Below are positions 1 to 13,539 of a stretch of DNA of 64,000 nucleotides, in pieces. The stretch is taken from contig NC_134035.1 of the NCBI RefSeq assembly GCF_964204645.1, positions 3,596,001 through 3,660,000 of the forward strand, given 5' to 3'. Position 1 is the stretch's first letter, and each line of letters begins with the position of its first letter. Under the pieces are notes generated by a model. The model did not search any database. It was given only the letters and a program-made list of their open reading frames with translations, and had not been told where the DNA came from. Both the position numbers and the translations under genes were made by a program. This DNA comes from Tubulanus polymorphus (Eukaryota > Animalia > Nemertea).

Positions 1-654
1 ATGGTATACGATCATTATCGCATATCAGAAAAAGCTTCGAGATCCCGCACTTCTTTCATTTGTTTTGACTTTCATCGTATACATAAGAAATATAACCCGA
101 CGATTGATCACTGCCTCGGCATCTGAGAAGACATTCAACACTATATTGTGGCGCGCGTTAAAAATTGCGATGCGTATTTTTAAATCTGACGTCTCTAATC
201 GCCTCCGCGTGCTTTCGGGTTGAATCGAAATTTTCTGCGTTTCGAATAAGAAGTCGTCTCAGTCTCGCATGCGTAAGGACATTGATAATTCCGAGTTCGG
301 AGAATTGTCACTAATTAGCGTTACGGGACACCGGCAATTGAAATATACTGCCTGTCGCTGTCGTATATACCACGTCGTCGTATTGTACGGCGGTTGATTT
401 AGATTTAAAGACCTATAAACGGGATGTATTTGCGTCTCGATTCGGTTCTCTTGCGCAACGTCTAAATCGTCTCGAACGTGTGCGAGTGAAGATTTAGCGT
501 GGCTGCTCGTGACGCGCACAGATTAGCGCCGGATTATCCGTCAACCGTTTCTGACATCTCGCTTACTAATCCTTTTTAACGGCGCGCCATATAGCTTTCG
601 GATAAATCCGGCTACCGCGTGTACGGTATTTGCAAAAATGAAAGTGGTTCGGTT

Positions 655-930
655 ACTGCGGCAAGGGAGTATCCGCCGGGGTCGCTAGTGTACAAAAGGG
701 CATAAACTACTGTGGTAATTGAGGATATCACTTGTGGCAAGTGAGGATCCCCCAGAGGTCGCTAGTGTGCAATAAGTCATGAACTACTGTGTATATATAG
801 AGTATTCCACTTGTGGCAAGTGATAATCCACTAGGAGTCGCTGGTGTACAATAGGACATGACGACTGTGGTATTGAGGTTTCCACTTGTAGCAAGTGATA
901 ATCCAGCAGGTGTCGCTAGCGTGCAGTAGG
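655..930. repeat. ~75-bp minisatellite, ~4 diverged copies
   Basis: Repeated CACTTGTGGCAAGTGA..ATCC...GTCGCTAGTGT(A/G)CA. Confidence 0.75.
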
Positions 931-3900
931 GCCCCTCCGTGATAATGTAAACGAGGACTGAAAATTCTTGGTGGAGATAATTGAAGCTAACTAGGGCGCA
1001 ACAAGATCCATCCATCAGCCCATCCATCCACTCATCCTCGCTAGTGGCGCTATCTGGTGGGATAACGATCTCGTTGATACGGGGATTATCGGAATATTGT
1101 CAGGCGTAAAAGGCCATCGCGGCACTTTTTCGGATTGTCTCTGTCCTCGTCGCGGAGGAATTCATACGAATTCTTGTTGTAAAATATCTAAAAGTTAAGG
1201 CGTAATTCTATTTCGTCCGGCTTAAATAGACCACACGGGGAGAACAGTTTTTAACCTATAACCGATAATAGAAATCACGCTAGTACTTTATATTTTTTGT
1301 TATCTACAAGCGAAAAAGGATCGAGAATTTTTACAATGCCCTAGACCCACGATTTCTGATGTAACGTCACCTTCAAATTCAACCATTTTTCCATTTGAAC
1401 GTCCTCGTATGCGGTGTGTTATGATATATTCCCGAAGCCCGTATTCGAGCGTAAGTTCACAGGTAACGAACCGTTTTTACCTGCAAAATTCTCAGAAAAC
1501 GAAAACTGATACCACCAAGGCGAAGTCGTCAGAAGTAAGACAACTTGGCTTCTCTTCCCAGGAGTCGCATATCCCGCGTTTAAGGTTGAAAGAGTCTGCT
1601 TTCACACAAAAGCGGAGTCAAAAATATTTTTTTTCCAAGTTAACCGTGCTTTATATTTATCGAAATAAAATGTCAGTTGTGGTTTCGGGTGAGGTTTCGG
1701 AGAAACTCGTTCGCTGTTCGTTAATTTGAATCGGTCAAAGAACTTTATATGATAGTTTTGAATGTTAATACCGACATTCATCTGATTTCGTCAAATCCTC
1801 GGGGTCTAATATCTCATTTTTGCCACCGATAAAGACGTTTCCAGTTTCTAGGCGCCATATTGTGACAGTCCCTCGAATTCGCATCATTGTTGCGATGATT
1901 TTCGCTCTTTTATGAAATATACTTGTTTTGATTGAATACCAATAAGCTTAGCAGTCGTTCGCTTGAAAAACGTAAATCACAAATCATTTTAAAGGAAATA
2001 ATGAAACGTAGATTCTTGATGGTGATATTTCGAACGCTACAGGTTGAGTGAACCAACGGCCGCATGTTTTAACCAAGCATCAAACCAATCATCGCCTTTT
2101 GAATTATTATTATTATTCTTTATTCACGAATTAAATTACACTAGAAAATTACAACAAGATAATATAATAAAATAATGTAATTCAAGTCGATTCAAGGCCT
2201 TCTTTTGAAGGTCTTGTAACACATTCTCTTTAGAGCATCGTTGATCGTTGAAAAGGCATATTTAAAGGTGCATTAGCGATTCAGGCGTCGCATTTGAACA
2301 TTCGTGGATGGATCAGATGCATTTAACAGCATCTCCAACAGCGCTTTCTCATTGATAATGATATTTATTCACATTGATTTCATAACGTAATTTAAGAAGC
2401 ATTCTATATAAATTAAAGATATATAAATTAGATACATATATAGATATGCTGTAATGTTGTAATGTAGTCGCCCAGGAAGCAGCATGAAGCTTGTAATAAT
2501 GGGTCACCACAGCGTGCAAACCGCTACAACAACACAATCACATATTGATATTAGATTTCGACAAGAATCTTAAAAATGCGTGTTTCAAATCATTTCATTT
2601 TCAATTTCATCGCATACGCGCCGTAAACAACGAACGCATAGCCACGCGACCTCGTGATTTCGGTTAAATTGAACTTTAATTCGAAATCGTCGCTGTGTCG
2701 ACGACGCGCCCGTAAAGCGTCTAGTCTGCGCAAATTGCGCCCGACATTCCAAACGCAGACGCACCTTTGTGTCTGCGCGTTCCGGCATCCGTTTTCGTCG
2801 CCATTCGAATCAAATCTAATTACTTATAAAACGTGCGTCGAATTCGACTCGGTTGTTTTCGTTGAATGAACGCTAATCTAATTAATTAAAAGTACATCGT
2901 TTCGATCGTTCTCGATTAATTTCGATTTTTGCGCGCGCGCACACTTCGAATGGCGCCGGAACACGCACACGCGGCTAGACGAACCTCGTCGAAACAACAA
3001 TAAACCATTTTACAGTTGCTAGCCGCAATTTTGTCGGGGTACTTTTGTCCTGTATTGTTGGGTCATTTTGCCCTCTTTTTCAAAAACTATCCGTCATGCG
3101 TGTTTTATCATCAAACCGTATGAATCTCTAGTTTATGCAAAAATCATTTCTCACATTTGCAACAATGCGACACGAGAGCGATATAAAAATTGGTGGTCAG
3201 TTTTTGCCGCACGCATAAAAATCCAGGGTACTTATATTTATCGCCGAAATCATCAACAACACGCGCGCTCTCTCATAGTACTGTAGTATCTTAATAATCG
3301 GAAATCAATCGTACTCATATGTAAGTATTGAATTATTGAAATTTGTTTTATTCCGTTCACAATGGCAGACAAGCTGAATATCATATCGTGTATTCGGAAA
3401 AAATCTCAGAGAATTTTAGTGGATCATACGGTAGTTTATTTGCAGCCTTTTTTGTCGAAGATGCTATATGGCGGCTTTGGTTGGTTTGATATGTCGGACG
3501 TTTCTCGCGTCACGAAACTTTATACACATATTAAGCTATAGTTTGTTTTGCGATGTATATTGTAACAAATATACGTGATTTCTGTATCATTTCACGTCCC
3601 GAAAGTGGGTCGTATATGCGTTACGACTACGCACAACTTGTACGCCTAAACCACCGATAGATCGGTAACATCAGACACTAAAGTTCAAGGTGAATACAAT
3701 ATTTTGTCTTCGGGAACTTCGGCGGGTATTTTACTCAAAGAAGTTTGTTCGAGTATTGTTAATTCTGAACTGACTTCCAGAACTTACTAACGAGCTTAGA
3801 CGTTGGTTAACTTACCAAGCTTAGTGATTGTTTGATGACTCTTCGCCAACGTGTTATCATTTTCCCGATAAGTTACTTCAGTTTCCAGTTTTCGGACAAA

Positions 3901-6314
3901 AAGCCCGTATATGCGAACTCCCGGGGGGTTCGTGGCGCCATTGTACCGCGACGTATTATCGGCGGCGTCTGTCGGATACGTAGCTTTTGAAGTATCACCT
4001 CTCTAGGTATCGTTACTAAAAGCCGAAAGTAACCCGTTTAATGCATTTCGTATTGAAAAAGGTTTACGGTATACCAATGCACCACGGACGACATCGCATT
4101 GATACCTCCAGACGGGGTTCTGTAAATACGCTATTATTATGCGAACATCGGCAAAAATTGAATGGAAATTTCTAAAGTCTTCACGATATCGATCATCGGC
4201 GCAGAACTAGTTTTCCCTTTTTCTTTTCTTATCAAAAAAGTTAGCGTGGATGGGAGAGTATTCGAAAACAAAAGGATCCGAACCGCGACACGGGGGTCTT
4301 GACGATAGAGATCTACCGACGCCATTAGTCGTCTGAATAAATCATCTGGCCTCACCGGTAGAGAGATGCGACAAACAAACGCCGATTGAACTTTCGATCC
4401 CGCGCCCTGAATTTACCTAGCGTGCTAATTTCTCGTTTTAATTATTCATCGCTTTCACTTCGTGTACTCGGAACGACTCGACGGTATAGGTAATATCCGC
4501 GTGCGATAGCCGCGCGTTTAATGGCTCGCTTTATGTGAGATCATTAAAATATCATGGTAATTCTTTGCGGCACGGAACCCGAACAAATTCTGGCTAAATT
4601 GAATGACTGAATAACTGTACAGAGCTGATAAGACGCGCGTCACAAAGAGTCGTTTCGATCCGTATCGGAGATGATCTGATAAAGATAATAATTCGTTATT
4701 CGTTTAAAAGGAGCTTTATATCAAAGCGATCACAAAGCTCTTTACGAAACATGTACTCGTTATCGAAAAAAGAAAAATAGAAAAATAGAATCCATTGAAA
4801 AAGTAAAAATGTGACGTATGATCTAAGCTTTTATCTATTAATGAAGAGGTATCTTTAAGTTTGAATATGCGTTTTGAAAAAATGAATTTCTTTTTCTAAA
4901 ATTTTTTGAATGTCCATTTTCCCTTTTGAAATCTTTAAACAACGACAAACGCGTGCGTAAATAAAACTTAACGAGCGATTTATCGCATCGAATCATTTAG
5001 AAAAAAAACTCCAACGACCCTCACTTGAAACTTTGATATATATATAAACAGGAAAACTAACTTGAAAGTTTATTGACGCCTTAAAGAAATATCACATAAT
5101 CCACGATAAGTAACAAAACCTTATATAATATTTAGGATCAATTAAGTTAATTTGAATTTGAATATATCGATGAATAATTTGAATTTGAATTGACTGGCAA
5201 CCAGTCTAACCCAATATATTGATGTAGTGCACATCCTCTCAGACAATTATCAAAATCTATCAATTATAGAATACGATTTATGAAATATATTTAATCAATA
5301 AAGTAGATGCAAGAATTCACAATTGTTATTGTCATTTTGAAACGACAATATTGGTGACGTAGATGATGTTGGTATAAATGCGGTATAGTGTATGGATGTG
5401 AGTGTGTGGGCGACGGGCCTTTCGGGTATTAAGTTTCTGCCATCTTGACCACTGCCGTCAAACGTTTTACTTTACAATATCTTGTATTTACCCAGGCTAC
5501 TCCCTATTGTAATCCAATTGGGAGATGCAACACCGTTTTCTCCGCTGGTGGCGCTGATGACCAACTCGGTCTTGCAAAAAAACCGGAAGTAGCTTTGCTG
5601 CATTCAAGTCGTCATTGAATCACGACTACAATCGCCTTATAAATTACCACTTCCCTAACAAAGAATTATGCCGACAGAATGTTGTTCAAGAGGTGGACAC
5701 GCGCCGTTCGCATAGGTCAGATTTCATTAGATTCAGAGCTTGGATAAATGTTTTCACGTCGTCAATAAACAAGTTTACGAAGAAACATTCAAAAATTTAC
5801 AGTTCACTAAGGTAATATAAGATATTCGAAAAATTCACCCCATTCATATCGGAAATAAAACTCACAATAATTAGTTCTACGATGACAGGCAATAAATGAA
5901 AGAAGAAATTAAAGAGAAAATGCAAATCGAAAATTGAAATCGCGTCGTTCGATTTTCATAAATCAGCTCATAATGTCCTTTCATTAATGGTAAACGTTTA
6001 ATGCGTTCAGAAACTGTTTGTTTTTCCATCGCAGTTTTCCTTATAAAGAGTGGTTCGTTCGTTCGGTCGTTGTATCGGTGGAGATCGCATTTCGTGCATA
6101 CATCGAGGTCGAGTGGAAATAAACTGGCGTCCTCTCTCTGGAGATGGCGAAGAAATATGGGAAATTAGCGGAACGTCCTCTCGTCTGACTCATTACGTAT
6201 CGATATATTCGCATTAAGGGCTTGGTCATCACCACCAAAGTTCACTATATGTATGTATATATAATTATAGAGAGAGAGAGAGAGAGAGAGAGAGATATCC
6301 CACAAAAGTAACGA

Positions 6315-6755
6315 AAAAGAGTCCGAAAATGTTACTGTAGCTGGACTGTAGCGTTTCGACTTTATTCTAATAGTCATCTTCTAGAACAAAAGTAGATTGA
6401 GTATTCAGTATTCCCGAAGAAGTCTATTAGAATATAGACTATATTCTAATAGTCATCTTCTAGAACACAGTATTCAGTATTCCCGAAGAAGAATATTAGA
6501 ATATAGACTATATTCTAATAGTCATCTTCTAGAACAAAAGTAGATTGAGTATTCAGTATTCCCGAAGAAGACTATTAGAATATAGACTATATTCTAATAA
6601 TAGTCATCTTCAGGAATATTAGAATTCAGTATTCCCGAAGAAGACTATAATCATCTTCAGGAATACAGTATTCAGTATTCCAGAAGATGACTATTAGAAT
6701 ATAGTCGAAACGTCGAATAAACTACTCTAGCTCCGGTGACATTTTCGGACTTTCG
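6315..6755. mobile_element. rearranged cluster of the GAAGATGACTATTAGAATATAGTCGAAACG (hammerhead/PLE-type) repeat
   Basis: Several tandem and inverted partial copies of the unit seen at 58668 and 8341. Confidence 0.6.
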
Positions 6756-7369
6756 CTTAAGCGATAATCAGTCGTTCGCTCAAACAACGCGACGAAGACG
6801 ACAGCAACAAAATCGAATTGGCGCAAAAATTAGAACGAAAAATTTAAACGCACACCCGAATGGAGAATGGAATAAAACGCTCAAACCGCCAGAGGGGAAA
6901 TTGTTTGAAGTTGCAGTTAAAGATTAATTTCGTGTCCTGATTTGTAAAACCGATAGCGTATTACCAACCGACGACCCGCGGCCGACATTTTTTTTATAAT
7001 GGATACTACTTCTTGTTTCCGTCGATCGAAACCCGGTGATGCGTAACACCTTTAAAATACTAAGTAGTACTTCGACGATTCTGTAATGAATAAGATACGG
7101 TTTCGTCGATGTATTTTAGCCCCGGAGAATGTTCGAAGTTCGAAAACGTTTGATCCGTATAAGACAAATCGCGACAGCACGAGCTGCTTTAGTTACAGCT
7201 TTCGATCAATCCGCAGATAGCTAAAATTATCATCACGAAAATGATGGCAATTTGCTATGATTATTGTTTCGCTTGTTTATGCAGAGTCAAATCAATTGTG
7301 GGTTACTCCAGTACTTTCGTCAAATTTACATCAACGATTATACAACGAGCAATCTGATTTGTGCCGCAA

Positions 7370-7480
7370 GTTTTCGCGCGGTAAACCTGCGCATATACCT
7401 GCGCACCCGGTCTAGTGTGGCAGGGTTTCGTGCCGTGGTTGAGTGTAGCGGTGCCATCAGGTTCGAATCCCTACCGCGGG
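7370..7480 (+). mobile_element. tRNA-derived SINE-like repeat copy
   Basis: Same GGTCTAGTGTGGCAGGG...GGTTCGAATCCC motif as at 15628-15672. Confidence 0.5.
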
Positions 7481-8337
7481 AATATGATACGTCTAAAATG
7501 ACCGATTAGGTATCGAGGAATCGTCCTTTCGTGAAAAACCGAACTTCTTGGTCGACGTTTTGTTTTTCTCTGGCCTGTCCGCGTCGCTCCTTACACGGCA
7601 GTCAGCGCATATAGAGCGGCTTTCAAAGGGATCTGAACATTTCTTACGTCGATGCACAAATTTTTCTTCGCGCTCGCAATACACGGGTCTGTCCAACAAC
7701 GATAGGCGCCGACGTGAACTGCTCGTTGAGATTCAGAAGACGTTTGAATATTTATGACCGCTCTGGGGGGTAGAGCGCGCGGAGAACAGAGCGTACTTGA
7801 CGCCGCGCTCGAGTCGTCGCATTGATCCAGCTGTGTTCGGTAATGTCAAATTGCCAATTCTCAAACGCGACAACTCGATGCTGTCAATTCTATACCGTCT
7901 ACTTATCAATATATTGATCAGTGGCCCTTCGACAGCTACTCGATATTGTACACGGTTTTAACGAGGCGCTTCCACGCGCGTTTGTAAGCGGACAATAATC
8001 GCGATGGCCTCGATAAATCAAATTATCGTCCAAGGCGAACTATATACTCGAAACATTTTAAACCGTGAAATTGGGATTTGTGTACGTGTTGATGGGTCAA
8101 GTTACGATGTTAAATTGGGTTCCATTCAGTGGATGGATTGATACGGAACCATTCTTTCAATACTATATTAGGCCTTTGTATACTAGATCGGGTAGTAGAC
8201 CAGTAGTTGCTCAAAATTTGGCTTCAAAGATAAACATCGATAAAAAACAATATCCGTGTTGTGGCCATACTACGTAGAGCCCCATTGATAACGAAAAACA
8301 CGATATAAAGTCCGAAAATGATTCCGTGGGCTAGTTC

Positions 8338-8420
8338 TTCCCGAAGATGACTATTAGAATGTAGTCGAAACGTTGAATAAACTACACTAACTCGAGGACA
8401 CTTTTTCGGACTTATCATTT
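8338..8420 (+). mobile_element. single degenerate hammerhead/PLE-type repeat
   Basis: CCGAAGATGACTATTAGAATGTAGTCGAAACGTTGAATAAA; same family as 6680 and 58668. Confidence 0.55.
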
Positions 8421-9468
8421 TTTGGGGATTCGCTGCATAAAGCTTTTTCTGGTTAACGTAAACTTACGAATGTTTGAGCAACTGGCCCCTTAGACTCTAA
8501 AAAGACTTTCCAGTGCGTGGTTCGGTTTATCAAATGATATTTTCTGCGGAGTTTAAACATTTTCTCGCGGGTTTTCCCCCATGCGATGTATGCGAATGAA
8601 AAAAAGAATTCAGTTTTTGTCCGCGGTGTCCGATCATCCCTACGTCATGTCGTCTTTGGGACTCGATTCGGGGGTTGAGGTGCAACGCGTCCTATATTCA
8701 AAAAAGTAGATTGAATATTCTCAATTTTTCCTCATTGCATTCGAATGAAATTATCCACGGTTGCTTGTCCTTGACCTTAGTTATAGCTCGTATTGAGATC
8801 GCGGCGACTTGAAAATGTATTCGTAAAAAGTCAACATACAATACGAAATATTCCCTATTCCTTTTTAGCACATCGGGTCCGTTTCACTGAACTGAACGGT
8901 TTTTGTTTTATAATGTGCTATGACGAAAATTAAAAAGGTGTGATATTATGATTGTATTTGCTATTATGAATCAAGTTAATCTATAAGCATTGCGCACTAT
9001 GGCAACCTTGGCCATAGTCGACGGTAAGCATTGGTTCATGACACACAGAACAATTTTACAGAACCCTGAACTACTAACGAATTCTGTAAAAAGAGCTTCT
9101 GTGTGCGAATATCGATGGACTGGGCATTTAAATTTCGTTCAAAATTTTAAGAGTATTATGTTACTACCGATGATGAGATTTCTAAGTTGTTCTACGTTAC
9201 GTGGCCGACCCTAACCTTTCGAATGAAAGATCCGACTATAGATCGGTGGCTGCAGCGGCGACAAGGTGAAAGATAAAATTGTTGTTTTGTTTTTCGTGTT
9301 TGTAGATATGTACGATACTCAGACGGAAATGACGTAAACGGTTTCGTTGAAAGGAAGTATCCAGCGATACGAAATATCAAACAAGATTAACCGATGCTAA
9401 ATATAGTCGACGCGCGCAATGCCTAAAATGACTGTAGCGAACTGATATAAATATCAGTATAGTTAACA

Positions 9469-9666
9469 AATAAAAACCCACAGTAGATTTTGTAGAAAAA
9501 GTTTATTTCCTTTCGATGTTAATTCTAAACCTCATCTTCAGAGCAACTAAATCAATTATTTTAGTTCCTCTGGAGATGAGGTTTAGAATTAACCTCGAAG
9601 GTAGAATCGAGTCTATCCTGTTAGGATATAAACTTATTCTACAAATCTACTGTTGGTTTTTATTTT
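9469..9666. mobile_element. inverted pair of degenerate hammerhead/PLE-type repeats
   Basis: Arms AATAAAAACC..CAGTAGATTT / AAATCTACTG..GGTTTTTATT; cores CTG(A/G)AGATGAGGTTTAGAATTAAC(A/C)TCGAA on both strands. Confidence 0.55.
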
Positions 9667-11879
9667 TCAATGCCCAAATGCTTCTGTCTAAAGCCCACGC
9701 TTAAATGTAAGCATATATATATATCAATATCATCAATCGGGTATTGAACTACAAAGGCTTGCAAACAAAATGTGATACTCGTCGACTATACTTTCCCTCG
9801 GTCGAGCAAACACAAAAAACAATGATCTCAAACTGACTGGATTTATTTGTAGATAAAACAAATGCTTTTTATTTTCGTTCTACAAAATATATTTCAACAG
9901 AATGAAACGAATATTGATATCACACTATATTTTTTTTAGATGTTAAGATTTTGTTCTATAACACAATATTTCGATATATTCATATAGTATCACTTATACA
10001 GATATATATATTTATATTTAAACAAAAATATACGATAATTTTTTTTCTGTCTTCAAAACAACCTATACAATACATCCTAATATCACGGGGTTTTTTATTG
10101 CCATTTGCTTCGCAGGCAAGCACCTTGAAGAATAGGTTTTATGATAATCCGAGAGAGCGAAAATTTGCTTGCGATTTTATTTTATTTTTTCGAGAAGGCA
10201 AAAAAATAGAACTAGTTTCGTATTTCACGTGGTATTCATTGTCTTCGTATTCTGGATAATTTCTAGGAATCAGACGTTGAATAAAATACGTAGCATGGAT
10301 TATTTCCTTCCAACCGAAATATTTACATCATTCATAAATTGTATTTACACATAGTTTTAGTTTCAGAATCGGTATTTACAGTAACTCAATAGTGTTAATT
10401 AAACGCGTTCGTAATCGCTGACTCGCGTAACAAGCTGCACTGACATTGTCCAACTATGACCCCGAGACCTTTCGTTCTAAATCTAATAATATCGATAATG
10501 CATATAATTTTGTAATTCGCTTCGTAAGAATAGACTTTCTTTGTCTTTGAATTATCAGGAAGATGCTATTCGAACGCGGGTGCGATTTAGAATGAACTTT
10601 CGTTTCGAAGTCGGGGCGCAGCAAGAATTGTGGGTTGGCTTACGTGAACTGTTTTTGTTCTATTCTCAACTCCGAATAGAATTGTGAAAATTTATGATAT
10701 AACGCGTTTTTGAAGCCGAGTTTAGCTCATATATTCGGTGATATCGGTGCGCGAAATTGCCTGGAATACTGATTTCACTGGTTACCGAAACCACCGTAGC
10801 CACCGTCACCATCGCAGATGAGCTAATACCGCTTCGAAAACACACATCGTCCAGAAAGTATGATTTTCATTGGATTACGTAACGCACACCGTTCTCATAG
10901 CGATAACAGTGAGGTGGTAATGGCTTAAGCCGATAACCCGCGCTGCTGGAGAGAAAAACGGATTTTGCGTCAATGCGTTTTAGTTATTGTTAAGTTCACC
11001 ACCGAACTCCAGAATAGAGTATAAGGTTCAACCCCCAATAAATAGCTTTTTGCCGATTTCATCACTGTTTGAGTTGCGCCGAAACGAGAAACACCGCTTA
11101 GCGAATCGCTATTTCTCAAACCGTTTTTATCTTTATTTATTTCTTTTTGTTTTACTTTTCGTGTTCATTTTGTGCTGTGTGTGCGTTAGGCCTTAGTTTA
11201 GTCACCTCGTCAGGTCGTTCGATTTAGCAGCGATCGTTAACGCCTCAATTTCGTCTACGGTTTCAAGCTCCGTCATAGAACCGGTTCGACTCTGTGACGA
11301 CTGTTTTCCTACTATCAACGTCCTATATATAACCGGAAACCCAATCAGATCCGATAGAAACAGCCGACTTCGATAGAATCGATATCATTGTCGGATGCAG
11401 AATATCGTATTAGTATCGAGATTTTCGCAGCAATTACTAAAATGAGTATATCGTCTTTTCAAACAGGGTTTTCATTTTTATCGTGGAAGCGGCATCAAAA
11501 AGCGATCAGTCAATTTTTGACATCGTTAAAAATAAAGACGTCCGTTCAATTTCCGAAATTAGTTCCGTATTCACGGGCATTTGGTCGTATCGTTTCGTTT
11601 ATAAATTTCGCCGATGATTTTCAAAATCTTCGAGAAAATCGCGAGAGTAGAGTCTGTAATCTAAAATTTCTCAAAGGATGGCATCGGTAATCCCAAGGAT
11701 TTAAGTATATTCTGCGTATTTTATGTGATAGGCTGATCTCTCCCGTAAACCGCAATGGAACGGTGTATAAGAGACACGTGCTAATAATGGGTTGGTAACG
11801 AATTCTGTCAGTTTCTATCGACGAGTGACTGTGTCTACAATTTGAAGAAAAAACCCACGGTTATGAAGAAAAACTGTGG

Positions 11880-12210
11880 GTGAAGTTTCGACTGGAGCCA
11901 TTTTCAAAATAGCTTTGATAATGGTTCATAGCATTGAGTTGAAATTTCATTACCCTTTAAGTTTCGAAAATGGCTTATAGCATTGATACGAAACATCACT
12001 ACTCTATAAGTTTTGGAAAGAAGCTCAGAGAATTGAGTCTAAAACATTACTATTTATCATAGTTCTGAAAATATGGCTCAAAGAATTGAGTCTGAACGTT
12101 TCTCTTAGTTTTCAAAAAAGGCTCATAGAATCGAGTCTAAACGTAAAAATACTCTTAAAATATTTTCCACAATATTAAAAGCGGTTGATAAAATGGCACT
12201 TGAGTCGAAC
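11880..12210 (+). repeat. degenerate array of the same 49-bp satellite
   Basis: Repeated TTGAAAATGGCTCATAGAATTGAGTCTAAAC-like units. Confidence 0.7.
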
Positions 12211-12609
12211 ATCGCTATACTTTCTTCATAATAGTCGGTTTTTTCTTCGATCGTAAATTCGGTTACAATCATTGCGCATCGAATCGAAATAACTAATGCG
12301 GCCCCGAACGCTATTCGCCGGTTAAAAACATATCGTCCGCACGGCCGTCGTTGTCATCCCATGTCGTCGGTGTCCGTCACGCAAATATAATTAAGTAAAA
12401 CGAAACTAAATCCGAACGATTTTTCTTAAATCTTATTTACTTTAATAATAATATATGATAATGAAATAATGATTCAGTCAACGAAACCTGTTTTTTTTCT
12501 AACGCATTTTCCTTCAGATTTTGTTTTACATCTCGGCGATGTTTGTATACACTGTATTGCGCGTAATACATACATATACATACGTGCTGGAGACGAGTCT
12601 CAAATGTTT

Positions 12610-13539
12610 CTACTCACCATTTTTGTCAAATAACTTCAGGACATTTTCCGATATAGGTTTATCCAAAGGTCCGGCACTTCTTTTGCCCCAAATATCCAAA
12701 CCCCATTTACGTTTGCCCCACAATCCATTGTTCCATCTACTGATGGTACGTTTTTTGTCACTTCCGCTTCCGTTCGAGTCTCGTTTTCCCCACATGCTCG
12801 TTTTCCACTTCCGCTTATCCGGTTGGCTGTCTTCGACGTTTCGTTTGCCCCACATGCCAGTATTCCACTTCTGCCTTTTACCCCAGAGTTGCATTTTGCC
12901 CCACGCCGCGCCGCGCTTGCCCCACAAGTTCATCGTTTTAAACGCCCTCTTATTATCGAAATCAGAATCGGCTAGTTCGGACGACCGCTTACCCCAAAGG
13001 TCCATGCCGCTTTTGAACGCGCGCTTATCGGAGTCTAGTTCGCTCGATCGCTTGCCCCACATGCCGGTATTCCACTTTCGCTTATCGTTTTCGAAATCGC
13101 GTTTTCCCCACAAGTTCGTTTTCCACTTTCGTTTCGCTTCGTCAATTTCATTACTGCCTTCGACGCTATTTCGTTTGCCCCACATCGACGTTTTCCATTT
13201 TCGTTTATCGGTGGCGTCGGCGGCTCGTTTGCCCCACATGCCCGTTTTCCAGCGACGCTTTTCCATCGCGTCATCGTCGTCGTCCCGTTTTCCCCACATC
13301 GAAGTTTTCCATTTTCGCTTTTCGTCGTCGATGTCTCCAGCGGCCGCGACGTCGCTGCGTTTGCCCCACATGTTCGTCTTCCATTTTCGTTTATCGAGTT
13401 CGCTGAGCGGCACCGCCCCGATTTCCTTGCCGATCGGGCGGTTTAGTTTGTCATCTTCGGTTTCAGTTTTATCACTGGCTATTGAAACGATCACGCACGC
13501 CACGAGAACTCCAACACTCATAAACAACGCTTTCGACAT
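12610..13539 (-). CDS. MIP: Wamide neuropeptide precursor (myoinhibitory peptide / allatostatin-B / WWamide family), 309 aa if unspliced at the 3' end
   Basis: ATG at 13539 in GCCATG context, preceded by a splice acceptor (TTTCTTTCGTTCATTTTTTCTAG; exon starts 13567). Hydrophobic signal peptide MSKALFMSVGVLVACVIVSIA. 13 peptides each end in W-G-KR (amidation plus dibasic cleavage), mostly separated by acidic spacers: KWKTNMW, KWKTSMW x3, RWKTGMW, KWKTNLW, KWNTGMW, AFKSGMDLW, AFKTMNLW, GAAWGKMQLW, QKWNTGMW, TISRWNNGLW, KWGLDIW. Family assignment rests on the W-Xn-Wamide motif. Confidence 0.93.
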   Translation of the reverse strand: MSKALFMSVGVLVACVIVSIASDKTETEDDKLNRPIGKEIGAVPLSELDKRKWKTNMWGKRSDVAAAGDIDDEKRKWKTSMWGKRDDDDDAMEKRRWKTGMWGKRAADATDKRKWKTSMWGKRNSVEGSNEIDEAKRKWKTNLWGKRDFENDKRKWNTGMWGKRSSELDSDKRAFKSGMDLWGKRSSELADSDFDNKRAFKTMNLWGKRGAAWGKMQLWGKRQKWNTGMWGKRNVEDSQPDKRKWKTSMWGKRDSNGSGSDKKRTISRWNNGLWGKRKWGLDIWGKRSAGPLDKPISENVLKLFDKNGE

